Part shown: positions 1 to 13,385 of the stretch, in pieces
How positions within the stretch are numbered: position 1 is the stretch's first letter
How the letters are laid out: every line of letters starts with the position of its first letter
NCBI GenBank assembly: GCA_977030845.1
Contig: OZ365113.1
Coordinates: 20,832,001 to 20,896,000 of the forward strand
Source of the DNA: Fimbriosthenelais zetlandica
Taxonomy: Eukaryota
Length of the DNA: 64,000 nt
Direction of reading: 5' to 3'
Translations under genes and position numbers: made by a program
Notes under the pieces: generated by a model
The model's input: only the letters and a program-made list of their open reading frames with translations
Told to the model about the DNA's origin: nothing
Databases searched by the model: none

Positions 1-3000
1 GATGTAGCGTGCGGTGGTCATTTCCTTCCGGCATGCTATGTAAGAGCGTCGGCTATATAAGGCTTCGTTAGCATAGAGCTATCCCCAAGAGGGAATCTTC
101 TCTGTTGGATATTTTATATGGGCAGAGACATGGAGGTGTCAGGAAGAGATGCTAATGCGGGCAAAGCTATTTGACGTGGCAAGCCTGCAGAGGAAACGAG
201 TTTTCAGAGGGTGCTTATTTACAATGCACAAGGTGGTGATTCGAGGAACAATACAAGGCCGCTACGGGTGTTTGAGATCCTAAGTGAGGGCGGTGGGATT
301 TACAGCATGTTTTCATGGCAGACACGATGAGGCACGTTGTAATTCCACTGAGGGGACCACGGACAACTCCGTGATAATGACTTCAATATGGGCCAGAAAA
401 TTGTTGCCTCAAGGAAGCAGCATCCTCGGCTAAACACGGTCGGCGGCAGATTATTCATGGCTAATACTTGATTAGGCCTTTGTCTATTAAGCTATACGTC
501 CTGTAAATTTAATCTTGCGAGAAATCAGGTACATGCCCCAAGCAAGAGATGAGGCTCTCCGAGCACAGGAACACTTTCGAGAAGAAAGGGAAGGAATGCA
601 TTATTTAAGCAAGGTTGGCAGATTTGGACGTTTAAACGAATTGTAAATGTGGGAGGGAAACACGGAAGCTGAGGAAACGAGGGGAATTGATGCAGTAGAT
701 ACATTAAGCTTAGATGGAGGAGGGTGGGCGGATGCCCTCATATTACTGTCCACAAGACCTTCAGTAAAACTTGCTCTCAGTAAGCCAGGCAGTCGATGCA
801 TATATAAGACCATGACTCTGAGGAGAATCGACCTCCTCCCAAAGCAGAGCATACACAAAGTCAGGTAATGACAATAGTGTCTTTCAGAAGCTCCCTTCTG
901 CCACAACTCTCACACAGGGCACAAAACAGAATGGCAAATCAGCACCGTAGGTCATCAGACATTGACAAGCAGAAACTGGTCCTTTACATCTCCATACATT
1001 CCCCCATCTGCCTTTACCCTTTTTTCACATCCAGGGGATTATCTAATGTCTCTTTAGATCACAGAGGGCCCATCACTGATGGTGCTTCTATCGATTCCAT
1101 CTTGCCCGAGCTTTCAAGAACAAATAGGTCCTTCACAATAAAAACTCTTTAATTCCTCTGGGATTGACGCATGTTTTCGAAAGCATTGGCAGAAAGTGTA
1201 AGTGTATAATAGAATGTGTGCTTGACTGTTAGATGGCTGGTGTTGGAACGTTGGCAATGTGTGTAGAAATGCAAGCATATTGGCAAATGGCAGCCTTCAT
1301 GCCTCAAGTCTATTACGGAGTCCAATCAACCTGTCATATTCTCCATAGAATAACGTGAAGTGATTCTTCTCACTGAGCTCAATACTAGATTTTTATGTGG
1401 CAGGACAACAAGGGACAAGTAATCAGCAGAGTAATGTTAGGAGCGTCATGCCTCCCGGGAATTTAGTCTCAAATTACAAATGGAAAAAAACGCATAGCCG
1501 GAGCAAGTGCCAGGTTTGTCCCATTCGCAATGTGCAGAGAGCTTTTTATTCAATTAAAGTGTATTTGCAGCGGACATGTCAGTAAATATTATACTAGTGG
1601 ACTTCTTTCTACAGCCTCTATTGTCAACGCCTGTGGGTGGGAGCAGACGCAGCAAACAATACTACGGGCATCCTTGCTTTACTGTTTTCTATTCAATGCA
1701 AAAAAAGTTCAATTGGCTAGTCTGCATGCCAACTGCTAGATTCGTTAAAATATTCAATATTTGATGAACGGTGAGAACAGATTTTTCAATCTGATATAGA
1801 ATGAACTGCCCGCAATTCTGAAATTCATTTTCTGTTCTTCGGGGAAAACAACTAAGTGGAAATAAAATCAAACATAATTTTGGCCAGGGCCATGTTTTCT
1901 TTCGCCAATAAAGCAAGACAAATCAACCAGCCTTGCAAACAAGACAAAAACCTTCCTATTCATTTCAACTCCCCGGGAGTATTCATCAGAGATTGACCTT
2001 TAAAACTAAAGACCTTCTTCATCAGTGAGATCCCAGCCTAGCCTGAATATATATATATACTATATAGTCTAGGGAGAGCTTATTCCCGTCTGGACTTATA
2101 TTCCTTATCTCTACACTGACACATAGGTTCACGATAGACATCAGCCTGTCGGGACCCAGAAGGGTCATTCTGTGGAAGAGTGAGGAGTCAGGGCACGAGG
2201 AAGAGACGTGGGAGAGGTAGAGTGTCAAATGCTGGTCATGTGCCACTGATTACCAACTGATTACAATCTTCACCAATTCCCTTCATACTCTGACTGCTAG
2301 TTCCGGCCATTTTCCACACTAGTTACTGATGAAGGCTGACCTCAAAGGTCAGACTCATTCAGAAGAGATCTTGGAACTTCTACTTATAATTAAGAGGTAC
2401 TCTGGGCTCTGATCATGTCAGAGAGCTACACTTGTTTCTGTGAGTGTGTCAGTGTATTCGACCAAGCACCACAGACCAATACATATGCCTCAGTTTTTGA
2501 CTTGCATATCAGTCTGGCTACATCGTTCTATTGACCTTGGATTGGAACTTCTTTGGCCCGATTGATGGATCTCTAGGCAGGGCAATATCAGAGTCTCTGC
2601 CATTGCTCATCAATCGTACACAAGATCATATAGGACAAACTGAGATATATCTTTATTATTGACTCCCCGCAGAAGAAACAGACGGGGAGCAGGCTTATTG
2701 GGCCTGGCAGGTCAATTATTACAGCGGCTGCATTCCGAGTTGTCCGAGTCATGCAACATCAAGATACATTTCTCAATTGTTCCACAGTCCCTTTAGCAGC
2801 TGGTCAGGTATAATCAGGGGAACACGAGCAAAAAGATGTGTGAAATATTTGAAAGAGACATATATAATCTTTCCTAGGCAGTGTCTGGAAGGGGATAAAA
2901 AAAAACTTCAGAAAGTTTCGGTCAATTCATATGAATCTCCAACAATGACTTCTGAGTCTACTTTCCCAACTCTTCTCATATCCATTACTACGTGCACTGA

Positions 3001-4511
3001 ACCTGTGAAAATGAAATATTTTTCTTTCAGAAACTTTTCTCCATTTCATAGTTTCTCCATATTTAAGTTTCAATTTTATAGATGATGAAGGACAACCACT
3101 TTCAACGTGGCATCGGGAAGCCATCCATTTTCTTTCATTCTCAAATTAATGAACCCAATAAATACCCCATGACCTTTCATCCAAACTGAGGTGAACAATT
3201 AAAAATTTAATGATTCCTTTTCTTAATCCTCAATTATCATTTTTATGACATCAGTGATTGAGAGGTGGGAAATGGAAAGAATGTGCCATGTTTTACGTTG
3301 GAGCATCCGAAGCAGGCATCTCCAAACCTCATTGGCTTTCATGCTTCATGAGCCTTGAAATTTGACCCTTCGCGAAATAATGTACAATCAGATACTTGGA
3401 ATTTAACCACTTATGTCCCAAAATTGCCCCATGTATTAATCCAAAAATGTCCCATGTATTCATTGCAAGAACTGCCCTGGACAAGACATTTAATGGTACA
3501 ATAGACCTTCCAAAAAACTTTCAAAGTTTGTAGAGGAAAAAACCCCTAGGCACATGCCAACAAAAATGACATGTTGCGTTACCCTGCACATTAAGAACCA
3601 TCACAAAATAAATAAAGCATGACTAACTTAGCAACAAATGGCAGGTGGCGGATCTTGGCAGGATGTAAAAGCCGGCTTTACAGTGATGTAAAGGGTCGCT
3701 TAAAGCGGTCAGTGAAGGCTGGCGATGAGCCATAATTTGGTATTTATGGTCAATAGGAGCCCTGGCGGTCGTTCATGCTAGGGTAGAGGCAGGATTAAAG
3801 GATCAGGAAGCATAGCATGCAGGATAGATGAGAGCTCTGATATCCCCCAGTCAGCCTGCTTCAGGTAAACTATCTTTTCCCAATTACTTTCCACGCCCGA
3901 ACTTCCCTGATCCTCTTTCACGCAATATGAAAACAACACTGCGCAACATCCCAAATGGCAAGTTTCTACTTCACTGAGAAGAAGCTGAGACGTTAAAAGG
4001 ATTTGTCGAAATCATCTCATCCATTCAGATTAAGAATGCAATGAGAAAACAAGAGAGCAATGTATAAGATGGATTTGTGTTGCAGTGTGTGTTGATGCAT
4101 CATGAGAGTGGAGCATCAGTGATTCAGGCCAGCTTAATGAGTCTATGACAGGTCGTTCACAGGTTATAGAATCAAACCCCGGGGAATCCTTCCTGCTCGC
4201 TCCGCATCGTGTGGGGTCCTAACCCTCCCATAAACACTAAGAGTGATGGGCAAGCGTCCTTAACTGCTGACCTCCGTGCACTTAGCGCTTTTCAATTATT
4301 CCTAACAACACACGTGCATTAAGCCATATGATGTGGCTGAATATGCTAAATGTGAATATTTTATCAACTGCGATTACTCACAAGCGTAAGCGTTTGCGAA
4401 ATGATCTACTCAAGTAGAATCTAGACTGGCAACAATCAAGATCATTTCCCATGGCTCCATATATTCAATCACTCAAAATATTGTACACATTATTATTTCT
4501 TTCTGGAGATA

Positions 4512-4718
4512 TGTTGTTGTTGTTGTCGTTGTTGAACGTCGCTTTCAACAATTTTTAAGTTATATCATGACGGGGCCTACTTGTGGTGGTGAGCCCAATG
4601 CTCTTTTATAGTGTTGCCTCACTGAGGTATCATGACGCAGGTATCATATCACCCAGTCACATCATACCGACCCAGGGTTGATCAGTCCTAGTACTGGTCC
4701 TCTTTTTGCAGAGTGCCA
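4512..4718 (-). mobile_element. 5'-truncated SINE remnant (MESC/Meta-core-like, lophotrochozoan type) with (CAA)n tail
   Basis: Minus strand reads ...agtactaggactgatcaaccctgggtcggtatgatgtgactgggtg...cctcagtgaggcaacactataaaagagc...ttgttgaaagcgacgttcaacaacgacaacaacaac. This resembles, from memory, the core and 3' tail of molluscan MESC/Meta SINEs. No tRNA head or TSD seen. Confidence 0.65.
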
Positions 4719-6792
4719 TTTCTTGAGATATTTGTACAGCATTGAAAAATACAAATCTCGGCAGATATTTAGCTTAGATATCTGGTTTATGATACACCAT
4801 AAACCAGATATATATATGAATATAGATAGGGAATTTAAAATCAATGAAGGAGTGAGTTATTCATTGCTTCCAACCCAACAAAAACATCACAAGTGGGGAA
4901 GTCTAGGAAGGTTTTGTTACAACAGTTTGAAAGCAGTGATGGATGACAGTTTGGCATCCGGGAAGAGCAAACATCCCCGGGGCTGTCTATGTATACACAC
5001 AGACTAATACCCCATCTAAATGCATCACAGTCCCAGATAAAGCAACCCTCTCTACCACCAATCCCACCACCCCCTGCTCCAATTCTCTCTCACTTACCCT
5101 CTTTCTATTTTTTCAACCTTTTTCCTTTGGAAGAAAATGGTTAGCAACGGGCCATGATTAAAAATATATATTGGAGATATACAGTAAGTGATATGATGGG
5201 ATTCTCTTTAATGAGCAATGGGAAGGGACCCACTCGCAATCAATGCAATGGCTACATTATATAGGATTTAATGAGGCATGTGAAGTGGTATTACTCGTAC
5301 TGGAATGTAGGCATAGAAGGATCAGAGAGTGGAGTGGAGAGACAATGGAACATTCGGGCTTAATCAGACCTATAGGAATGAAAGCTGATGATCTGGAGGC
5401 GAGTTGGGGGATTATATATAGGCCTGCTTTGGTATAGCATATCAGTATGGATGGAGCTATATAAAGGAGGCTGAATTGATACATCCAACCTCCCCCAGAG
5501 GCTTCCTACTTAATGAGGATGGATGATGAACAGTAAGGGTAATCAGTAGCTGATCAAAAGAGGGTAATTAGAGCGAGATTAATTACCGACTGAAAGTTGA
5601 ACTTAGAGACAGGCTTTTTAGGGGGAGACAGTGTCACATGCTGCGCACACTGATGTTGTGCAAGTTAAGCCAGGGGAGTTCCCTTCTTAAATTTCAATTC
5701 AAACTGGAATCAATTAAAACTTTAACAGCAACTTCGCTCCTTGGACATTATGAAAGAGTTTCAGGTGATTTATGAGGAACGATCCAGGAATTAATACAAG
5801 GACAGTGCGGCAGTCACATGGGATTGATTTTCAGCATGCCCGGGAATATTGAATAATATTCGATTTGATGAAGTTTTAATGAGGAGGTTGGAAAAGGTCC
5901 ATGGGACACAATGACGACCTATTGCGCTGAGGGAAATTATTGCAGTTGCAAGTTTTTTCAGTCCAGGACATGACATTTATCATTCAAACCCCGGGCTGTC
6001 TCCTCTGTTTAAGTTTAAGCCCAATCCTCTAGCCTACATTTGATTATTAGAGGATTTTAACTTCTACAGCCTGCTCAGAGTTGATCAAGGTCCTAGCTTG
6101 AGTTAGAGGTTATATAGCACTTGCAGGGCCACAATTAGCAACATTGGGGGAGGGAGAGAGAGCAGAAAGGAATGATGAAGGGATGAGGGGCTGGTAGGTT
6201 GGTAGGTTCGTGACCAGCCCCAGGCTGAGTGTCCACCTTCATCTGGAGACAGTTCATGCTGTGAGACAGGCGTCTGCTGACCCAGCGAGAAGAGAGTGTG
6301 CTAACAAGCTGAAAGATGCCTTGCCAAACAAGCGGGGAAACATGCCCTGCCAGACCTGCTGTGAAACATACCCTGCCAGACATTCCCGTGTTAATGTAAG
6401 CGCAGGCTTTCCTCTTAATTAATCAATACTTTCCGCCGGTTCTGGTAGTTAAGGGTGCACGATTCTGATGACCTGATCCCTGGGCAAGCCGGTTCCAATG
6501 GCTGCCCAGACAGAGGGCATCATCAGAGCAATTTCTCATCAGGCAAATGGGGTAGAAAAGCAAGAATGTATTCAAGTAAAAGAACTCGCTGGGGAATAGT
6601 TTAAAACCACAAGAGGGCAATTACCATGAGGCTTTAAACCAGAAAAAACAAGCTTTCAATTTAGACTAATAAAACCCACTGCCTTGAAAAGATAGCCAGG
6701 CATTACACGGGCCATTGGAGAATGTGTCGAGGCTCAAAATCACCATGGTTTGTCTGATCTCTAGGCAAACCATTAATGGATTGCATTATAAT

Positions 6793-6884
6793 AAGAGAAA
6801 GAGAGTCAGAGAGGGGAGTGAGGGGGGAGGGAGCGAGGGGGAGGGAGCGAGAGAGGGAGAGAGAGAGAGAGAGAGTGAGGGGAA
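6793..6884. repeat. GA/G-rich polypurine simple repeat
   Basis: Near-pure purine tract containing (GA)n and G runs. Confidence 0.9.
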
Positions 6885-9800
6885 ATACAATCTATCCTAT
6901 ATATAGGAGGTTATTAGTAGAGATTTGGCAGGAAGGAAGATGAGAGCGGTCCACAGCCAGCCCAGATCCTCCTAGGTTAGTCCATACTGGGCCGTCCATT
7001 CACTTGGGTATTATCCCCTCTGCCAGCTGACCAAGCTCCCGTGTGATGCCAATTGCAATTAGAAACTGTTGCAGGAACGCATATGGACATGGCATCTAAT
7101 TTCTAAATCTAGAACTTTTGAAATAGACTTTATATGGGTTTTCAAGAAAACCATATTAACTATGCTAAAGAACCGCAAAGATTCAAGTATCTTACGAATG
7201 ATTCAGCATAAATCCTGTATATATAAGTTGTGAATAAAAGTATACCATATTCCCAATTCGAAACATTCACTTGCAGTAGGACGCATCTACTTCACATAGA
7301 TATCTATATCATACTTGGAACTGGAACATATAGCTCTTAGCAACATTTTGCGTGACTCCGATGCCATCAAAAGACATTTTGTCTCTTGAATCTCTTGAAT
7401 GCACATTCCAACCTCCCAGGTAGGACAGGCCTTTTGATCGCACATCATTTTTCACGGGCCGAGTGTCTGGTATTTGAAGCACACGGAGCTTTTGCACATC
7501 AGACAACCTGTATTGAGACACTACACAAGCATCCCTACTTTCAAGTATAGAGAATACAGGAGGGGCCTTTTCTTGAGAGCTTTGGCAGTTGGTGTAACCA
7601 TGGAAGAGGGGGATCTTTCACCATGGCAGCGGAAGCCTTTTGCACCATACTTAGATGTAGTGTGGCAGGGCGAGCCTCCACCTAATGACAGGATATCGTG
7701 CCGGGGAACATTAATTGTGCTAAGCGCCCACCGTGATACATGTGAGAGCAGTCTAAGTGAGGTGACAGGAGGTTGGGATGGCAGCCCTGGGGTGTATTTA
7801 ATGTGAAAAGCAGACAGCAACACCTTGCTATTCCACTCCTCTCCTCAACAAGACTTGCTACCATTAGCGGTAGAAAATCAAAATTATCCACCCGTAGGGA
7901 AATGCACTGAGATATCTCGAGCTGAAATTATGGCTTGAGTAATCAAGAGTGTGAGCTGGTATTCACCTATAACAGGCTCTATAAAAATTCTAACTAAAAA
8001 ATACAAAAAGAAAAATTGACTCGACAGATGTGTTAGCCGAATTCAGCAGACTATGCAGAAAAAGCTTGAGATGAGTGTAAATATACCCGTGTTTATCTAA
8101 CGGCCCCAGGCGGACATATTATTCACCACGAGCATGTTTATGAGTGAGTGCATACATGGTTATTATTCCACCCACCACACGCACCCCATTGTATAACATG
8201 ATCTATTGATGGATGTGGTAACCAAGATGTAATATTTCATCAGCTCCTGTTTCATGTCCCCCGCATCTTGTTCCTCCCAGGCCTAAATCAGACCAGGGGT
8301 TATTGATTAAAATACTCCACACCCGGCCACTAATCTCAGTGAAGAAAGCAGGACCGTATTTCACAAGCCTGCTGCATAGAGAACATGAATGGGCAATAGT
8401 AAACCTAATCCCAAACCAAGTAAGTGTGGAGGCAGGGCTGCGATGTACTATGAACCTCAAGGTGGATGGATCCATTTATAACAAGAACTCGCATCTGCTT
8501 TACACGTGAGGACTTTGCTGCGCTAATAATTTATTAAAACCTCCTCTAGGCTGGGTCAATGGCGTGTACTTTAAGAACTAGAGGCAAGTTTCTGAGGTAA
8601 TCTCACCTTTTTTCTCTCCCCAGCAACTAAAACCACTGCACTCTTCTCTCGGAATCTGCCAATATTTTTTTTTTACCAAAGCAGAATGCAGCAAATTCAC
8701 GGTCTCCGCAGAGTAGTAGGCTGACAACTCATCAAGGACCAGAGCCAGGTATATACACCTGCCCCGAGGCAATAATGGGAATCCTTAATGGATCTTATTA
8801 AGCAGAAAATGGCAGAGTGGTTGATCCTTTTTGCTGCTTTTGAGCATAATGATCACTAGGGTATATATGTAGGACAATGAGAAGGACAAAAATAACCTAA
8901 AAAAACAAGATTATTTATAGAGTTCCATCAAGGATTTTAATCCAAGTAGAAAGGAAAAACCTTTTGTATTCGCCTAAGAGCTATTTCTATTTCATTCTCA
9001 TTTCCTGTCCTTCTATGTTATAGATATAGCACAGGCGGGCATACAGGGAATACCTTAGACTGAGAAGACCTTGGAGAGGCATTATGGATCACTAGCCTGC
9101 TGAACAGGATTGACTTTAATACCTTGTGAGTGGGAAAATGGATATTAAAGGATTTATCATTATCCTCCGCCAGCAATCATCCCCTTTAGAAAAGCCAGAC
9201 AGTAAGAGGATATAAACGTCAAATGTACTGCTCCTCCTATAGAGGGGCAGAATAAAATGCTGACTCATACACAAATCATCTTCCTCACATTCTTCTCTCT
9301 CTCTCTCTCTCTTTAATATTCTAAGCTCCTTCTCATTCCCCTCTCGCTTTCTCCATCTCATGACTTCATCCCTTCTTAAGTAGGACGCCGGGCTAGGCGA
9401 GAAGGTAAATATAATTAGACCTTGTGCCCTCCTTCTTCCCGGCGATTTATCAGGCAAAAGGTTTGTCCGCACCCCGGGATATTTGCCTGATGCTTTCATA
9501 AACCTGATTTCAATTGCTTCCAGGAATGAGAGTGAGAGGGAGAAAGCTTGGTAGCAGGAAGCTTCAATTGATGTGCCTTCAGATGTTAGAACTTATTGGG
9601 ACAATTACCCTTAACTGCGAACATCAGTTTTTTGTGTTTTTTTTTTGTTTTAGTCCATTTATTTTAAACAGAGCCATATAAATCCATAATACTGTTATAC
9701 ACATTGCAGAATGATTATTCCACTTAGACAGTAACATATACGATAGCCTGTCATGTTCCTATATATCAGGTTTTAGTATACGGTTGCCGCCATGAAAGAT

Positions 9801-10799
9801 TTCATTGCATGTATTTTTAAACGACATGAACATTGCTGGTTGCAATCATCAGCAATTAACAACTTTGAGTAATAGGAGTTGCACTTGATGAATCGATACA
9901 AATCCTATGAAGAAGGTTTTATACCGGGTATATATCCCTGACATCAAAGCCGTTAGCTAAATACATTCCCCACACCCATTGTCAAGAGGCAAGGGGAGAA
10001 ACTCGCAGAAGCAGAGGTTTTCTGTACTCCAGCAATGGTGCAAGTACACCTTCCATATAGAATTGCCCACATAATAGCATCACACCATACTCTTAATAGA
10101 GAGGCACCATGCAGCAAGGCCCAATCAATGAAGCTTCGACGAAGAGCGAGCATTCTATTATAGAAAAGAATCTAATTCAATTAAGTTATATTTTGCTCCC
10201 CATCAATTTCATGCACGAGAGCGCGCCATAATAGACAAGGGCCGAGTGGTAGGCCCTTAAAGAGGATGGGAAATTAATTTACTAATAGCGTTATAGCCCA
10301 GTATCTAATTAGTAGGAAAAGTTAATTATTTTTCCTCCAAGTTCTGCTTAAAAGGAAGGTCTGGAGCTGTGGCGCTACCATCCTGCCTAATGAATAGATT
10401 ATTCATAGAACATAACTAACTGAAAGTTGTTTTTCGGTCGGAGTGAGAATGAATTTTCCAAGTTGCGTCTGCAATATTCTATTTATAGATCCAACCTATA
10501 TGGTTAATATGTGAAGCTATCAGCCAACCAAAGGTCGTAATACGTGGTCAGAAAAAAGTGATATATGGACATGTAACAGTTCGCCAGAAGTCTATAGACA
10601 CTCAGACAGACATAGAAATATATATTACAAAAGAGATCAACAAAATGTGTAATTAATATCTCCCTCACAGTAAGAAATAAATGAGAAACCTGAGGACAAA
10701 GGAAGACGAGATGGCCCTCAACTATAACGACATTTTAAACCTGAAATAATGACTTTTTAATCCTGAAAATCCTGTCTACTAATTTTGAAATTATATAAG

Positions 10800-10917
10800 A
10801 TATTGGAAAACTACATTTTGTTAAGACTTTAATTGATCGGCGATTATAGGGGGTTTTAAAAAGGTAGTTTCATTTTTAAGGACATTTAAGTTTTTTTTAT
10901 GACTCGCGGGAAGCCTG
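10800..10917 (+). mobile_element. Possible 3' fragment of a CAGGGTTC-ended non-autonomous DNA element
   Basis: Ends ...ttttaaggacatttaag...gcgggaagcctg, resembling the right end (tttaaggac...gaaccctg) of the 46205-46430 element. No left TIR found; left boundary approximate. Confidence 0.35.
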
Positions 10918-12278
10918 TATGGAGGGATCAAGCGAGGGCTAGGTTTGACAATTATTCTCCACTCTAGCAGAATAATAAGACGACAGGCTATACATTATAA
11001 ATTAGCTGGGGGAGAACAAAGACTGCCTTCTCCTCTCGTGGAGCACGCTAATTGCCATTCAGTGGTGGACAGTTTGGAAACTGGCTAAATAAGAGCGGGG
11101 AATGAGGCGAGGTGGAGAGGTGGGTGGATGGTTGAGTGGGGTAGGTGGGAGATAAGTGACATCTATAGAGGACTAGAGGAGAGGCCTGTCTCTCCTGACA
11201 ACCTCTTGTCTGATTAACTCGAGGAAAAAGAGAAAAACAAAATAGGAAAAACATCCGAATGGACCAAATAGAGGTCTATTCTTGGCTACAGCTGAAGGTG
11301 AATTAACGGGAGGGCTTCACCAATATTATTCCATCAAGAGGTCTTCGCTTCTCCTTGCTCTTTTAGATGTAACAGATGGAATGAGTGGGTTACCAAAGCA
11401 AATGACCAATTTCGTTGGGATATCAGTGGAACAGTAGAAGACAAAGAAGAAAACGAAGACGAGGAATGGAAGGCGAAGAAGAGGAAGAAGATCTATGATG
11501 CCCAAACAAGATATGAAAAGAAAAAATGGAAGATATTACAGAGCAGCAAGCAAGCACAGGAGCCGGCAGCAGAAAAGTACATGACACAAAAACCCAGTGT
11601 CTTCCATAGAAAACAAAATCCCGAGGAAGAAAGTCAATCTAATACCCTTGCAGGTGCAGGGAGAAGAGGTGGTTTGCATGAAAAGAAAGGCCGCGGCAGA
11701 GATTAGGTGAAGGCCTGGAACACGCTCCCCGCACACAGAAACAGTATCCAAATCACATCAGGGAGAGCCTGGAGATTATCGCTGGATTTTCACCCAGGAT
11801 TAACACACCAAGTGGGTCTTATCAATTATGGCGGAAAACATCCATAACCAAGCCCTCGTCTTCCTCCCCCAGGCGCTCAGCCTGCCGCCACAGTTCCAGG
11901 ACCTTCTCTCTTTCTCTGTCTCTCCTCTCCCAATAATTAGATTCCAACTAGTTTTTCTTCCCATTTTATTCTCTCCCTCAAGCTTTTCAACTGGGATGGT
12001 GAAGTATTTTTTTGTTTATTTTTTGCAGGGAGACTCGCATCAAATGGACCAATTTTGTTATGATGAAGTGATTATTAGTGTGCATTGTAAAACACGGGTA
12101 TCATTAATGAGCTTCAAAAAGTAACCTGCAGGGAGGGAAATAGATTCTTGCTGTCCTATTTATTGTGAGTTAAGGATGGTTTTTTTACGCAATATGAATG
12201 TGACTACTCATTAAGAATATGTCACTTAGTAATTACCGCAAGATGTGCTCATTAACAAGGTTACTTATATATCTAACC

Positions 12279-12518
12279 AGAATCTTTGGACACTTTTCCT
12301 ATATTACTCAAATCATTCCTGAGAAAATTAATACTTTCATTAAACTACTTACATCAGTCCTGAAAAATTTAGTGCTTTCCTTAAACTACTTACGCGTCCT
12401 GTGAAAATTAGCACTTTTCTTAAACTATTTATATGAGTGCTGAGAAAATCAGCACTTTCCTTATACTACTTATATCAGTCCTGCGAAAATTAACACTTTT
12501 TCTATACTACTTCCCTTT
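12279..12518. repeat. Diverged ~41-bp minisatellite, 5 clear copies plus 1 degenerate copy
   Basis: Units start at 12318, 12359, 12398, 12439 and 12480; consensus approx. cctgagaaaattagcactttccttaaactacttatatcagt. Confidence 0.85.
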
Positions 12519-13294
12519 AAAATACAGATTAAGATATGTGAAAATTTCATTGAAGAATGCTCAAAGGTGTCTTCCTGTATCATAGTGGCGCTGGTGTTGC
12601 TATGTATAAACAAGATAAGCATTCAGTGGAGCATGTGATGGGTCAATATTGCCACAAGGAAGTCCACTCATGGCAGGTCCTCACCCGTTTTAAAGCCGCG
12701 GATGATGGATGGAGTGATGGGTAGAGGTGAATGATGGATAGGTTAGAAAATGTATTTTCCAAGTTAACTCCTCCACCTTGGGCAATCACAGGGCTATTTC
12801 TGACCAGGCAATCATAGGCTTTCTCTTCGAAGTAGGGAAGGGGGACTCAAAATCCACATCTCAGATGAGAGAAGGGAGTTCATAGGTAAATGTGGATCGG
12901 TCAAGTATAACTACATTTGGTACTGGGATGTATTGATTTCAATACCGCAATTCAATGCCAGGCCCAGAGGCACCACACTGCCCCCTATTGGATTTTAGCA
13001 GAGCTCATGATGGGAGATGATATAAGGCAGTTGCTTCCACCTAGTGTGGCCTCAAGCAACTATAGTAAACTGAATGGGTGACTGCTGTCCACATCTCGTG
13101 GCCATCCAGGGAACTAAACACCCCATAGAATTGCAATATTGAAGGAATCATTTTTCATGTAATGAAGGACAAATATCACAGGAATGATATTTCAACTGGA
13201 CTAGATATAGAACAGGTTCCTTATATAATTGAGAATATAAGAAGAAGACGAGAAAAGGAAAGGATGGTAAGTAAAGGAATGCAACTGCCATAAC

Positions 13295-13385
13295 CAAATA
13301 CCAGAGGGCAGCAGTGGTCGCAGTACAGAGCGCTGCCATGATGAAACGCCAGAGGGCAGCAGTGATCGCAGTGCAGAGCTGCAGC
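13295..13385 (+). promoter_or_regulatory. 48-bp tandem duplication, each copy carrying a CTCF-like motif (CCAGAGGGCAGCAG)
   Basis: ccagagggcagcagtg(g/a)tcgcagt(a/g)cagagc occurs at 13301 and 13349. The duplication is directly visible; CTCF binding is inferred from motif resemblance. Confidence 0.45.

Noticed and set aside
1-1300. Overlapping short ORFs suggesting a decayed retroelement
   Set aside because: No RT, endonuclease or integrase motif recognised.
2927-3002. Strong minus-strand acceptor (tttcattttcacag) at about 3003
   Set aside because: All three frames stop without physin-like sequence, and the following GTTCAG is a poor donor for a recursive site.
7309-7521. 70-aa minus-strand ORF with acceptor- and donor-like ends
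   Set aside because: No recognisable protein similarity and weak splice signals.
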